Below, in pieces: positions 54,955 to 64,000 of a stretch of 64,000 bases of DNA. Location: positions 1 to 64,000 of the forward strand of contig CBFFRP010000200.1 in the NCBI GenBank assembly GCA_965644295.1. The letters run 5' to 3'. Both the position numbers and the translations under genes were made by a program. Numbering within the stretch: the first letter of the stretch is position 1; the number at the start of each line of letters is the position of its first letter. The notes under the pieces are model-generated. The model saw nothing but the letters and a program-made list of their open reading frames with translations, had not been told where the DNA came from and ran no database searches. Source of the DNA: Paraphysomonas bandaiensis (lineage: Eukaryota > Protista > Chrysophyceae).

Positions 54955-55542
54955 GATCAATTTTTGAAACAACTGATTCACTGACTCCAATTGATTTGTC
55001 TTCGTAACTACAGTTGAAAGGGCGGCAGGTGGTTAAACTAGTTGGTGAATACACCAGCATATACAGAGTGTATTGGGTGTATCAAGAGTCTGGATGCTTA
55101 TATGAGGCCCTCCGTTCATCCTCTATATACTGCTGCTGCATGTACTGCTGTGTATATATCAGGCAGCGTATTCTGCTGTATTTTCTAAAGTATAGCAGGA
55201 GGAGAGGAATACACAGTGTACACTACGAATACTGTATGTGGAATACAGTACTCAAATACCAATTCCGAATGTTGAACCTGCAGTGTGTTGTGTACGTCAT
55301 ACGTTGTAGTATGTATGTATTTGTAATGTATATATGCAAAATAGAATCACGAGCACCACACAGCAGAATGAGAAGTGCAGTGGTGTGTGTGGTGTGTGGT
55401 GGAAGAGATCAACTCATCCTCAGCTACTCTCATACTCTCCTACAATACACATACACACTACAGCAGAGTTCGATAGGAGGAAGAGACTCTCCCTGTACAC
55501 ACACGTATATATACATACATTAATAGAATCATATTAAGCATC

Positions 55543-56644
55543 ATGGAACCCGTCATTAATTTAGCTGTTCGCGCGGGTGCTTTGGCTGTTGGTGCGGGAG
55601 TGTTTTCTGAATTATGTTTGTATGATGGTAAGGTGCATCTGCCAGTCGTCGTCCTCCATAATGTGTCTGCTATGTCTCAGTTGATGGTGGGAGAAGAGCT
55701 GTTATATTCGATAAAATTAATGGAATACAAAAGCAAGTTGTAGGAGAAGGGACCCATATCCGAATCCCTTTCCTCCAGGTAGATGCTGTCTCAGGATATT
55801 AGCTCTGTAATATGTTATGCTGTGACCAGGAGCCTATTATTATGGACATCAGGGCTCGTCCAAGGTCTATCCATTCATCCACTGGAACGAAAGATTTGCA
55901 AATGGTTTGTGATAAAATCAAATGTCTGCATTGTATTTATTATGCGTAACTGCAGGTTAATATATCACTGAGGGTCCTGTCCAGACCATTGGAGGAGGAA
56001 CTACCAGAGATTTACAAGACGTTGGGAGTAGACTTCGATGACCGTGTCCTACCATCGCTCGGTAAGATAATCATAAAGTGGGGTACATACGCCTCTTATT
56101 GGAATTAGGGAATGAGGTTTTGAAGGCCGTTGTTGCTCAGTACAATGCTGAGGAGCTGCTATCCAAGAGAGCCATAATCTCCCAGCAGATCAGAAGGGAC
56201 CTCATTAAGCGCGCTGCCCACTTCCACCTTATTCTTGATGATGTCAGTATCACACATCTTACATTTGGGCGTGAGTTCGCTAAGGCTATTGAACACAAGC
56301 AAGTCGCTCAGCAGGAGGCAGAGCGCCAGAGCTGGGTGGTGGCCAAATCCGACCAGGAGCGGAAGGCAGCTGTCATTCGTGCTGAAGGAGAGGCTGAGGT
56401 TGGGAATATTTATTGTTTGTTTGTGCTCGTTAATTATCCTGTGCAGGCCGCTAAGTTGATCTCAAATGCCATTGCAAAGGCTGGCAATGGAATCATAGAG
56501 CTTCGTCGCATCGACACCGCCAAGGAGGTGGCCGGTGTGGTTAGCAGAGCTCGCAACGTCACATATATCCCGGGCAACCATGGCTCTGGGTCCTCCGGAT
56601 CCAGTGGAAGCAATCTTCTGCTCGGTATTGGTTCCGACAAGTAA
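55543..56644 (+). CDS. PHB1: Prohibitin 1
   Basis: [52 protein letters not shown] and IELRRI. Five short introns. Confidence 0.92.
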
Positions 56645-56887
56645 ATGTCGTTCTGCAGCCGACACTGGCCGAGTGAATGTGTAGCATACTTATTCCATTT
56701 GCTCTGAACAAATATTTTATCGGAATGAAATAGTTGGATAACATGAAACTATAATAACTAATGCTAATTCGTTCCCACAGAATACATTTTAACTTGTGTG
56801 CAATTACAAGGAGGTGTCAAGAATAGGATAAATGTATCAAATCAAAAGTCACAATATGCTAAAGAAACAATCGTGATAAACACATTT

Positions 56888-59800
56888 TATTGAACTACAA
56901 CCAACTCCTACGTGCGTACTTGAAGTTTGGTAAAGTCAATCGCTAGTAGTTATCCTGTATTCTATGTAGCAATGAAATACAGAATATACATGACTACAGT
57001 ATAGGAGTAGCTATTACAAGTATACAAAGAAACTGAAAATATAGTAGCTGTTAAAGATATGATTTGTAGAACAGAATGTTGATGTTGGTGAATGACGTGG
57101 TTCCTAACTCACAGGGCTACAACATCATAAACTTACTATATCTCCTATAATATCAATCAGTCAATATTGCACTAACTAAAAGCGTAAATTAATATGGCAG
57201 CGGATGGAAATTTCACGAATGTCGCCTCAGGCTCAAAGGTACCTCCCTTCGAGGAACTGAACTTCAAGAAATTCAAGAAGTTCTTCACCTCATTCCTCAT
57301 GAGACACAATCGAGCTCATCTTGTCCTCTCAAAGGATAAACCAAGGCACATTCATGATCTAGACTCTACAGTCCCAGCGGGAGCTCATATGACTGATGCA
57401 CAGAAGAAGCGACTACGCAAAGCGAAGAAACTCTGGAACACCCGGAACGAGACCGCGTACTCCTTCCTGATGGAAGTGTGCAATGCTCACCCAAAAGCAG
57501 GCACAACAGCGGCTCTCTACGAAGGAAGTACAGCAAAAGGGTTACTACAGGCACTGGAAGAGAGATTTCTCAATGTTGAAAAGAATACAGTACAGGCAGA
57601 GGTCACAAAGTTCAATTCAATGAAGATTACCTCAAGTCAGTCAGGAGCAGAGTTCGTCGACAGCGTTGAAGCCCAGGCCAAGATTCTCGAGAATCTAGGT
57701 CGTGAAGTCACGGAAGACGACAAGCTCACTCGACTAAAGGAAGGTCTCACAGACAAGAGATATTCCCAACTAGCACACAGCCTGTATACAGCAAACGATG
57801 TGACATACGCAAGAGCAAGCAGCCTAATCAAAGGGTATGAAAACACATCATTCGGCAAGCATGCGTTGCAAAATTCAGGGGAAGACAGTGTCAATCAAGC
57901 AGTGGATGACAGTAAATGGAAAGAGCACAAGAGAAAGGGCAGATGCAATAAGTGCAAGAAACTTGGCCACTTTGCTAGGGAGTGCAAGACTCCAGAGCAT
58001 GTCATAAAGAGGATGAAGGGGACAAGATCACAGAGAAAAGATAGAGATCACAGAAACAGGGGTGATAACAAAACAAAGCTACCTGTGTGTGAGATATGTG
58101 ACATCCCAGGCCATCAGACTAAAGACTGCTTCCACTTGAAGACTGCTAAAGCTGCAGTGGTCAGTTCTAAACGGGGGCGAGACTCTAGAAGGGAAACGGC
58201 ACCCTACAAGAACAAGAAGAAACCGCGAGTGTCTGTACATGATTCAGAAGATGAAGCGGGATACGAATCGATGATATGTGTGGAAGAAGAGGTGAATCTA
58301 GCACAGAGCATGTCAGATGTTATTTATTTAGACAGCGGGTGCAACAAGATGATCCTTACCTCCAAAAACCACATGACCAACCTTCAGCGCGCTGATAGGC
58401 AGATGTCCACAGCGAACAAAGGTAAACTGTCAATACACAGTGTTGGCGATGTAGGAAGCTTTAAAAAGGTGTACTACGCACCTGAAGCAAGTAAGAACCT
58501 CGTAGATATGAAGAGCATCACAGATAGGGGTTGTGTTGTGACGTTCGATAATGATGAAGTCGTCATTCGAAATAAGACTACGAACAAGACACTCATTAGA
58601 CAGAGAAGTGTTAATGGATTATATCCAGTTCGACTCGAAGACTTACTTCAGCTTGGAGAAGAATCCTCAGCAGCACTTGAGGAGCAGGGGTTTGATGACC
58701 AGCGAATTCTATGGCACAAAAGACTTGGCCATGTCAACTATGATAAACTGACTGAGTCCGACCGCCGAGGCCTAGTTGATGGAATAAATCTGGACAAGAA
58801 ATATTTCAGAAAAAAACACAAAAAAACGATATGCAAATGTAATACCTGCATGCGATCGAAACTCACGAGAAAGAACTTCAGGACTCCACGCCAGTTGATG
58901 AACTTAGACAACAACCCAAAGGAGAGAGGGGTGCTCAGTGCAGATACGATGGAAGTCCTAAACACGCCATCGATGGAAGGCTACAAACATGTGTTACTAT
59001 TCAAGCACAGTGATGCAAAACATGTATGGGCTTATGGGTTGAAAAACAAGACTGGGAGTGAAGTGTTAAAGTGTATGAAGGACATGGTAGAGACCCAACT
59101 TGTCAAAGAAGGATTGCAACTACGACGATATCATGCAGATGGCGCAGGAGAACTAGTAGGGCAACATGTCAGGCAGTACTTACGTGAAACCACCAGCACA
59201 AGGACTGTACAGGTTACTTGGACTCCACGTGACACACCCGAAATGAATTCGCTATCGGAACGCACTAATCGTACAGTGAAGGAGATGGCCCTTGCTATAT
59301 TGCTCGATAGTGGCATGCCATCAGTATTTTGGTTCAAAGCAGTCTTGCATGCTGTATATCTGATCAACAGGTTACCTACGAAGACAACGAAAGGATACAT
59401 CTCACCTTTTGAGTATATTACTGGAACCGCACCAGATGTGAGTGACTTGAAGATCTGGGGCTGCAAGGCATGGGCTATTGTGCCGAAGGAGCAGCGCCGC
59501 AAAGAGTGGAAAGAAAAGGGAAAACCTGGATACTATATGGGACAATGTCAACAACCTGTTGGACACCAAATATATATTCCAGACCTGAATGCTATTATTG
59601 TTGCAGTCAATGCACAGTTTGATGAGTCAATTCCAGAGCGTTCACAGGAGTATTTCGACGAAATAGATAATCTACAAATCGACACCTCAGAAACAGCAGA
59701 GAGTGTAAATGACTATCAGTACCTGGTGGGCCTCAGACATCTTGATGGACACCTGTGTTATGTTACCACCAGAGTGATAGAGAGAAGAGGAGTCATTGTT

Positions 59801-62066
59801 GCATATAGGAGATTAGATATGAAAGGAAATACTACCGAGGAGCAAACTCCAATTCATATCAAAGATGTAGTAAAGATGACTCACTCTACAAAGTGTCAGA
59901 CCGACAAGTTTAATAGTTTGCGAAATGAGTTGGATCAGACTTGTAATGACAGTGACAATGAACAGAGGACTCCTGACCGCTCAAATCGGGGCGCATCTTC
60001 AACAGGTGGGGCAGATCGAAATCCCAGAACTGAAAAACGACCTCGAAAAAAACGGCACATTGTTAACGTTGGTGTCCTCGGCGATGTCTCATTGTTTCTT
60101 GATTCCTCCAACAGCACAATTAAAGAGCCACAGACGCTGGCAGAAGCAAAGAAGACTCCACAGAGAACATACTGGATTGAAGCTACCAGGAAGGAGGTGC
60201 ACAAGCTTGAACGAAGGACATGCTGGAAGATTGTCCGAAGGCCGAAACACCGAAAAATCATAAAATCTAAATTGGTCTTTAAAGTAAAGCGCGACCATCT
60301 TGGAAAAATTAAGAAGTTCAAAGTTCGACTTGTGGCGAAAGGGTTTACTCAAGAACAAGGAGTCGACTATAATGAGACATTCTCCCCAGTAGCTAAAGGT
60401 GTATCATTTAGGCTAGCACTGGCACTGGCTCTGCGATACAATCTGCAACTCCGTCAACTCGATGTAGAAACGGCATTTCCGTATGCAGATCTGGACGAAG
60501 ACGTGTTTATGTCTCCACCTGCAGGAATAGATATTCCACAAGGCTGTTGTTTGAAGATTCTGAAGAGTTTGTATGGCCTAAAACAAGCGCCTCGAAATTG
60601 GCATTCAATGCTGAAGGACAGTATAAAGGCGATGGGGTATAAACAATGTGTTCTTGACCCATGTTTATTTGTACTCAAGGGTACTGATGATAACCTACAT
60701 ATGATACTTGTGTATGTAGATGATATCATTGTGCTCAGCTCTGACAGCCGTCATATTGAAGAAGTCATCAGCGCCTTTAAGACTCAATATGCCATGCAAG
60801 ATATGGGGGACCTTAAGCATTATTTAGGTCTTACCATTGAGCGTCATAATGGCCAGATTAAGTTACATCAGTCTGCATATGCTAAAGATGTTGTGGCCAG
60901 ATTCAATCACTTGTTGTCAGAAAAGAAGAGACGGTGCAAGGCAACCACACCTCTACCACCTGGCCTAAAGTTGTCCAAGGATGCAAAAGAGGAAGAAACT
61001 CGAAAACAGAGAGAATACGTTGATGCATTTCCCTATCAATCTGTTATTGGTGCCTTAATGTATTTGGCAGTGCATACTAGACCAGACATGGCATATACAG
61101 TAAATCTTCTCTCCCGGTTCACCACAAGACCCACGTACGCTGCATGTCAAGCTGCTCTGCATACTTTATTGTATTTAGAAAATACAGTTGATCAAGGTAT
61201 CATATTTCCTAATTTCACAGATGAAGACCCTCTATGTGTGTACTCTGATGCAGATTGGGCCGGAGATCTGGATACATGCAGATCCACTACAGGGTATATC
61301 GTATATCTGTGGGGTGCTCCAATTGCATGGCAGTCCAGACTGCAGCCAACAGTGGCTACGTCGACTATGGAAGCTGAATATATGGCTGCATATGCTGCAA
61401 TTCAGGAGATTGTATGGATACGAGGGGTGATGACAGAGCTCGGAATTCGTGGATTTGAGCTCAGTAAGAATGCGTCTCCAACAATCTTGAATATGGACAG
61501 CAAGAGTGCGATTGATCTAGCTCAGAACCCGGTAAATCATAAACGTTCCAAGCATATTCGGATCAAGTATCATTGGATTCGAGAGCAAGTGGGAGGCTGT
61601 ATCGTCAGGCTGAATCATGTGCCAACGGCAGAGATGACAGCAGACGTGATGACTAAAGCCTTGTCCGAGAAGCTGCACTATCAGCATGTGCACACTATGG
61701 TATCGCACTAAGTAGACTTGCTCATCACAGTATATTCTGATATGTTCATTGAGTGGGAGTATTGAACTACAACCAACTCCTACGTGCGTACTTGAAGTTT
61801 GGTAAAGTCAATCGCTAGTAGTTATCCTGTATTCTATGTAGCAATGAAATACAGAATATACATGACTACAGTATAGGAGTAGCTATTACAAGTATACAAA
61901 GAAACTGAAAATATAGTAGCTGTTAAAGATATGATTTGTAGAACAGAATGTTGATGTTGGTGAATGACGTGGTTCCTAACTCACAGGGCTACAACATCAT
62001 AAACTTACTATATCTCCTATAATATCAATCAGTCAATATTGCACTAACTAAAAGCGTAAATTAATA
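56888..62066 (+). mobile_element. Intact Ty1/copia LTR retrotransposon
   Basis: Two 307-bp LTRs (56888-57194 and 61760-62066) appear identical. The 5-bp TSD CATTT is at 56883-56887 and 62067-62071. PBS-like TGGCAGCGG starts at 57195 and the PPT GAGTGGGAG is at 61751-61759. Confidence 0.97.
57194..61711 (+). CDS. Copia gag-pol polyprotein (1505 aa)
   Basis: Two CCHC knuckles, protease YLDSGC, WHKRLGH/CxxC, integrase D-D(HADGAGE)-E(SER), RT YVDD and RNase H DADWAG..EAEY. The order PR-IN-RT-RH is that of copia. Confidence 0.97.
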   Translation: MAADGNFTNVASGSKVPPFEELNFKKFKKFFTSFLMRHNRAHLVLSKDKPRHIHDLDSTVPAGAHMTDAQKKRLRKAKKLWNTRNETAYSFLMEVCNAHPKAGTTAALYEGSTAKGLLQALEERFLNVEKNTVQAEVTKFNSMKITSSQSGAEFVDSVEAQAKILENLGREVTEDDKLTRLKEGLTDKRYSQLAHSLYTANDVTYARASSLIKGYENTSFGKHALQNSGEDSVNQAVDDSKWKEHKRKGRCNKCKKLGHFARECKTPEHVIKRMKGTRSQRKDRDHRNRGDNKTKLPVCEICDIPGHQTKDCFHLKTAKAAVVSSKRGRDSRRETAPYKNKKKPRVSVHDSEDEAGYESMICVEEEVNLAQSMSDVIYLDSGCNKMILTSKNHMTNLQRADRQMSTANKGKLSIHSVGDVGSFKKVYYAPEASKNLVDMKSITDRGCVVTFDNDEVVIRNKTTNKTLIRQRSVNGLYPVRLEDLLQLGEESSAALEEQGFDDQRILWHKRLGHVNYDKLTESDRRGLVDGINLDKKYFRKKHKKTICKCNTCMRSKLTRKNFRTPRQLMNLDNNPKERGVLSADTMEVLNTPSMEGYKHVLLFKHSDAKHVWAYGLKNKTGSEVLKCMKDMVETQLVKEGLQLRRYHADGAGELVGQHVRQYLRETTSTRTVQVTWTPRDTPEMNSLSERTNRTVKEMALAILLDSGMPSVFWFKAVLHAVYLINRLPTKTTKGYISPFEYITGTAPDVSDLKIWGCKAWAIVPKEQRRKEWKEKGKPGYYMGQCQQPVGHQIYIPDLNAIIVAVNAQFDESIPERSQEYFDEIDNLQIDTSETAESVNDYQYLVGLRHLDGHLCYVTTRVIERRGVIVAYRRLDMKGNTTEEQTPIHIKDVVKMTHSTKCQTDKFNSLRNELDQTCNDSDNEQRTPDRSNRGASSTGGADRNPRTEKRPRKKRHIVNVGVLGDVSLFLDSSNSTIKEPQTLAEAKKTPQRTYWIEATRKEVHKLERRTCWKIVRRPKHRKIIKSKLVFKVKRDHLGKIKKFKVRLVAKGFTQEQGVDYNETFSPVAKGVSFRLALALALRYNLQLRQLDVETAFPYADLDEDVFMSPPAGIDIPQGCCLKILKSLYGLKQAPRNWHSMLKDSIKAMGYKQCVLDPCLFVLKGTDDNLHMILVYVDDIIVLSSDSRHIEEVISAFKTQYAMQDMGDLKHYLGLTIERHNGQIKLHQSAYAKDVVARFNHLLSEKKRRCKATTPLPPGLKLSKDAKEEETRKQREYVDAFPYQSVIGALMYLAVHTRPDMAYTVNLLSRFTTRPTYAACQAALHTLLYLENTVDQGIIFPNFTDEDPLCVYSDADWAGDLDTCRSTTGYIVYLWGAPIAWQSRLQPTVATSTMEAEYMAAYAAIQEIVWIRGVMTELGIRGFELSKNASPTILNMDSKSAIDLAQNPVNHKRSKHIRIKYHWIREQVGGCIVRLNHVPTAEMTADVMTKALSEKLHYQHVHTMVSH

Positions 62067-62179
62067 CATTTTCCAGTATCCATTGCAACTTCCTACATTG
62101 CGTAGCAATTAATTACAATCAATACAGCAGCAATGTTTTTGTTTACCTAATATATTTCATGAAAATTTCTATATTTTCA

Positions 62180-62502
62180 TGAAGATTCTATATGCTTGCA
62201 GTTGAGTGCTGAGTGCAGTATTATATGTGAGATGCAAGGATCGAAAGATATATTTATATGTAATTAGTATATTTGCATATTATATATTGTAATATGAAAA
62301 TGAAGTATAAGAAGTTGGTGACTATACAGGATACGACTACTGCGTGTGTGGTTCTGTGGTTCTGTGGTTCGTACAATATAGAAGTAAATGATTGGTGTTC
62401 AACACACCGAATACAACTGAGGTTCTTTATCATGAAATGTTATAATTTAATCTTATAAAATTGAAAACAGCAAACCTTAGCAAATAATGTCAACTTCTGT
62501 TA
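62180..62502 (+). repeat. Diverged copy of the solo LTR at 5945-6218
   Basis: Inverted homology from GAAGATTCTATAT..GATGCAAGGATCGAAAG to GCAAATAATGTCAACTTCTGTTA. Confidence 0.8.
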
Positions 62503-62696
62503 GTGGTGTGATGAGAATTAGTGTGGCCGTGTGGCCTGCAGGAGAGATTTCTTGGGCTCCAGAATGAGTTGTTGGCGGAATGACCTGACGTTTAACGGCT
62601 TAAAATTTTCATCATAGATACATGATGGGAAAAAATGTGAGATGTTCCAAAGGTCAGGATAATACCAAAACCTGAAGTAGTTTATAAAACCTGGTA

Positions 62697-62771
62697 TTAG
62701 TCAGCCTATAGATATAATACTAGTTTCTGTACCCAACCGTTCTCATGTAATAATCAGACTTTCTTCTCATA
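62697..62771 (-). repeat. Fragment of element C (homologous to 1683-1755)
   Basis: The reverse complement reads GAAAGTCTGATTATTACATGAGAACGGTTGGGTACAGAAACTAG. Confidence 0.75.
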
Positions 62772-63888
62772 AAACCTGGTAAGTTTTTAATGATTGTCGG
62801 AAAAGGGTATACCTACGCACTACTCACATTGAGTAAATATATTAATTATATGTGTGAAGAATATATTATAATATTACTTCAGTTTTACAGCAATGATATA
62901 GTCGTCGACTACACATGATATATATAGTTCAAGCTATTCAGTCATAAGTATGTAGCCCACTACGTTGACTTTCTCTGGTCAAAACATACTATGTCGTACT
63001 ACACATGCTCTGTCTAACTATTTCTTTTTTCTAACACATTTCAAAAGTATTTAATGTTATCTCCAGCTTAATAGGTTTTCATCCAAGATATAAAATATAA
63101 AGAAGACCCCGAGTTTCAATAAAGAGCGCGGTATATAAATTGTATATAATAAATACTTTACGGCGTTACAACTAGCCATCTCGGAAAAGACTTCATCATG
63201 CCTGGTGTCATGGTAATATTACACTTTTCTTGACAGGAATATCTCGTTGTATAATTCGTAAACTATTATATATAAAACCGCAATCAATATGCCTAATATT
63301 AGTTATTTAATTAACCTCCTGTAGATTTTCACTTCTTAGCCATCTTTCGCATTGGTTAAAAACATGACAACCAATATTTTGTTTACAATCTTGGAAGCTC
63401 TCCAACACTTCCTTAATTATCTACAGTATGTCTAGATTATTGTACTAGCCCGTATTGTTTCCCTCAGCCTTATTCAGGGGAAGAACTTTTAAGTGCACTC
63501 ATAAGGTGGTGGGTGGTGGCCCTGCAAGACTTTATTTTGTTCCTTCAGCATCATAAAAACTCAAAAAATCCCCGTACATAAATCAACCGTACAAACGTAC
63601 TGTCGTCCGAACTGGATTGCGTCCATCTCGCTAAACATGGTTAGGTTTTCTTCAGGGAAGTGAATATCTTGCATAGACTAGATCTTATCATCATTATATC
63701 TCGTCGCAACACCAGAAATTATACAATATCACTTATGATTATTATAGTATATATAATCACTTTATACAATAGTTGATATTATAGACATACTCAGAAGAAA
63801 GCTATTCAAAAACTGAAATGCCTACTAAAACTAACCCAACATGCAATGACATAATACAAACGTTGATGTACAATTCTGCGCTACTTCA

Positions 63889-63999
63889 TTAATCATCATC
63901 ATCATCATCATCATTTATGAGATGATGCAATAGACCTCTTCGCATGAGTTCTTGCCTCTTCGTAATTTTTGCCGCTCTGTCATCCTCACTTGACACCAC
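63889..63999 (-). CDS. Possible 3' end of a gene running off the window (poly-Asp C-terminus)
   Basis: Open frame ..EDDRAAKITKRQELMRRGLLHHLINDDDDDDD* with a (GAT)n run. Confidence 0.3.
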   Translation of the reverse strand: MVSSEDDRAAKITKRQELMRRGLLHHLINDDDDDDD

Positions 64000-64000
64000 C

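Noticed and set aside
63500-63720. Minus-strand YVCTVDLCTGFFE resembling an RT motif
   Set aside because: The match is too short, and no further RT motifs (MPFG, YxDD) follow.
1-64000. CRISPR arrays, tRNA/rRNA genes, telomere repeats, prokaryotic operons
   Set aside because: None were seen. The repeats are dispersed TE modules or a coding minisatellite, and the genes have spliceosomal introns.

Overview
This is eukaryotic nuclear DNA from a flagellated protist. The gene set, repeats and ~44-65 bp GT-AG introns suggest a stramenopile (inference). Genes in order: importin-4, PUS1-type pseudouridine synthase, an orphan gene, a DNAH1-like axonemal dynein heavy chain, an ankyrin/Pro-rich protein, proteasome chaperone PAC1, an orphan coiled-coil gene, an LRR multi-pass membrane receptor, a soluble ADCY10-type adenylate cyclase, tubulin cofactor B, a TAF12-like protein, an FkbM methyltransferase, uridine kinase and prohibitin. 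Many form head-to-head pairs. Positions 1-6700 are a nested transposon graveyard: a 2351-bp-period duplication, a TIR family with exchangeable cargo, a decayed piggyBac-like element and a solo LTR. An intact Ty1/copia element at 56888-62066 has identical LTRs with non-canonical TA...TA ends, and its gag ATG is formed at the LTR/PBS junction. The best hidden feature is a box C/D snoRNA in the only long intron I mapped (importin-4, 8660-8830). Its guide is complementary to the conserved 5.8S rRNA segment AAGAACGCAGCG. All calls are by eye; no searches were run.
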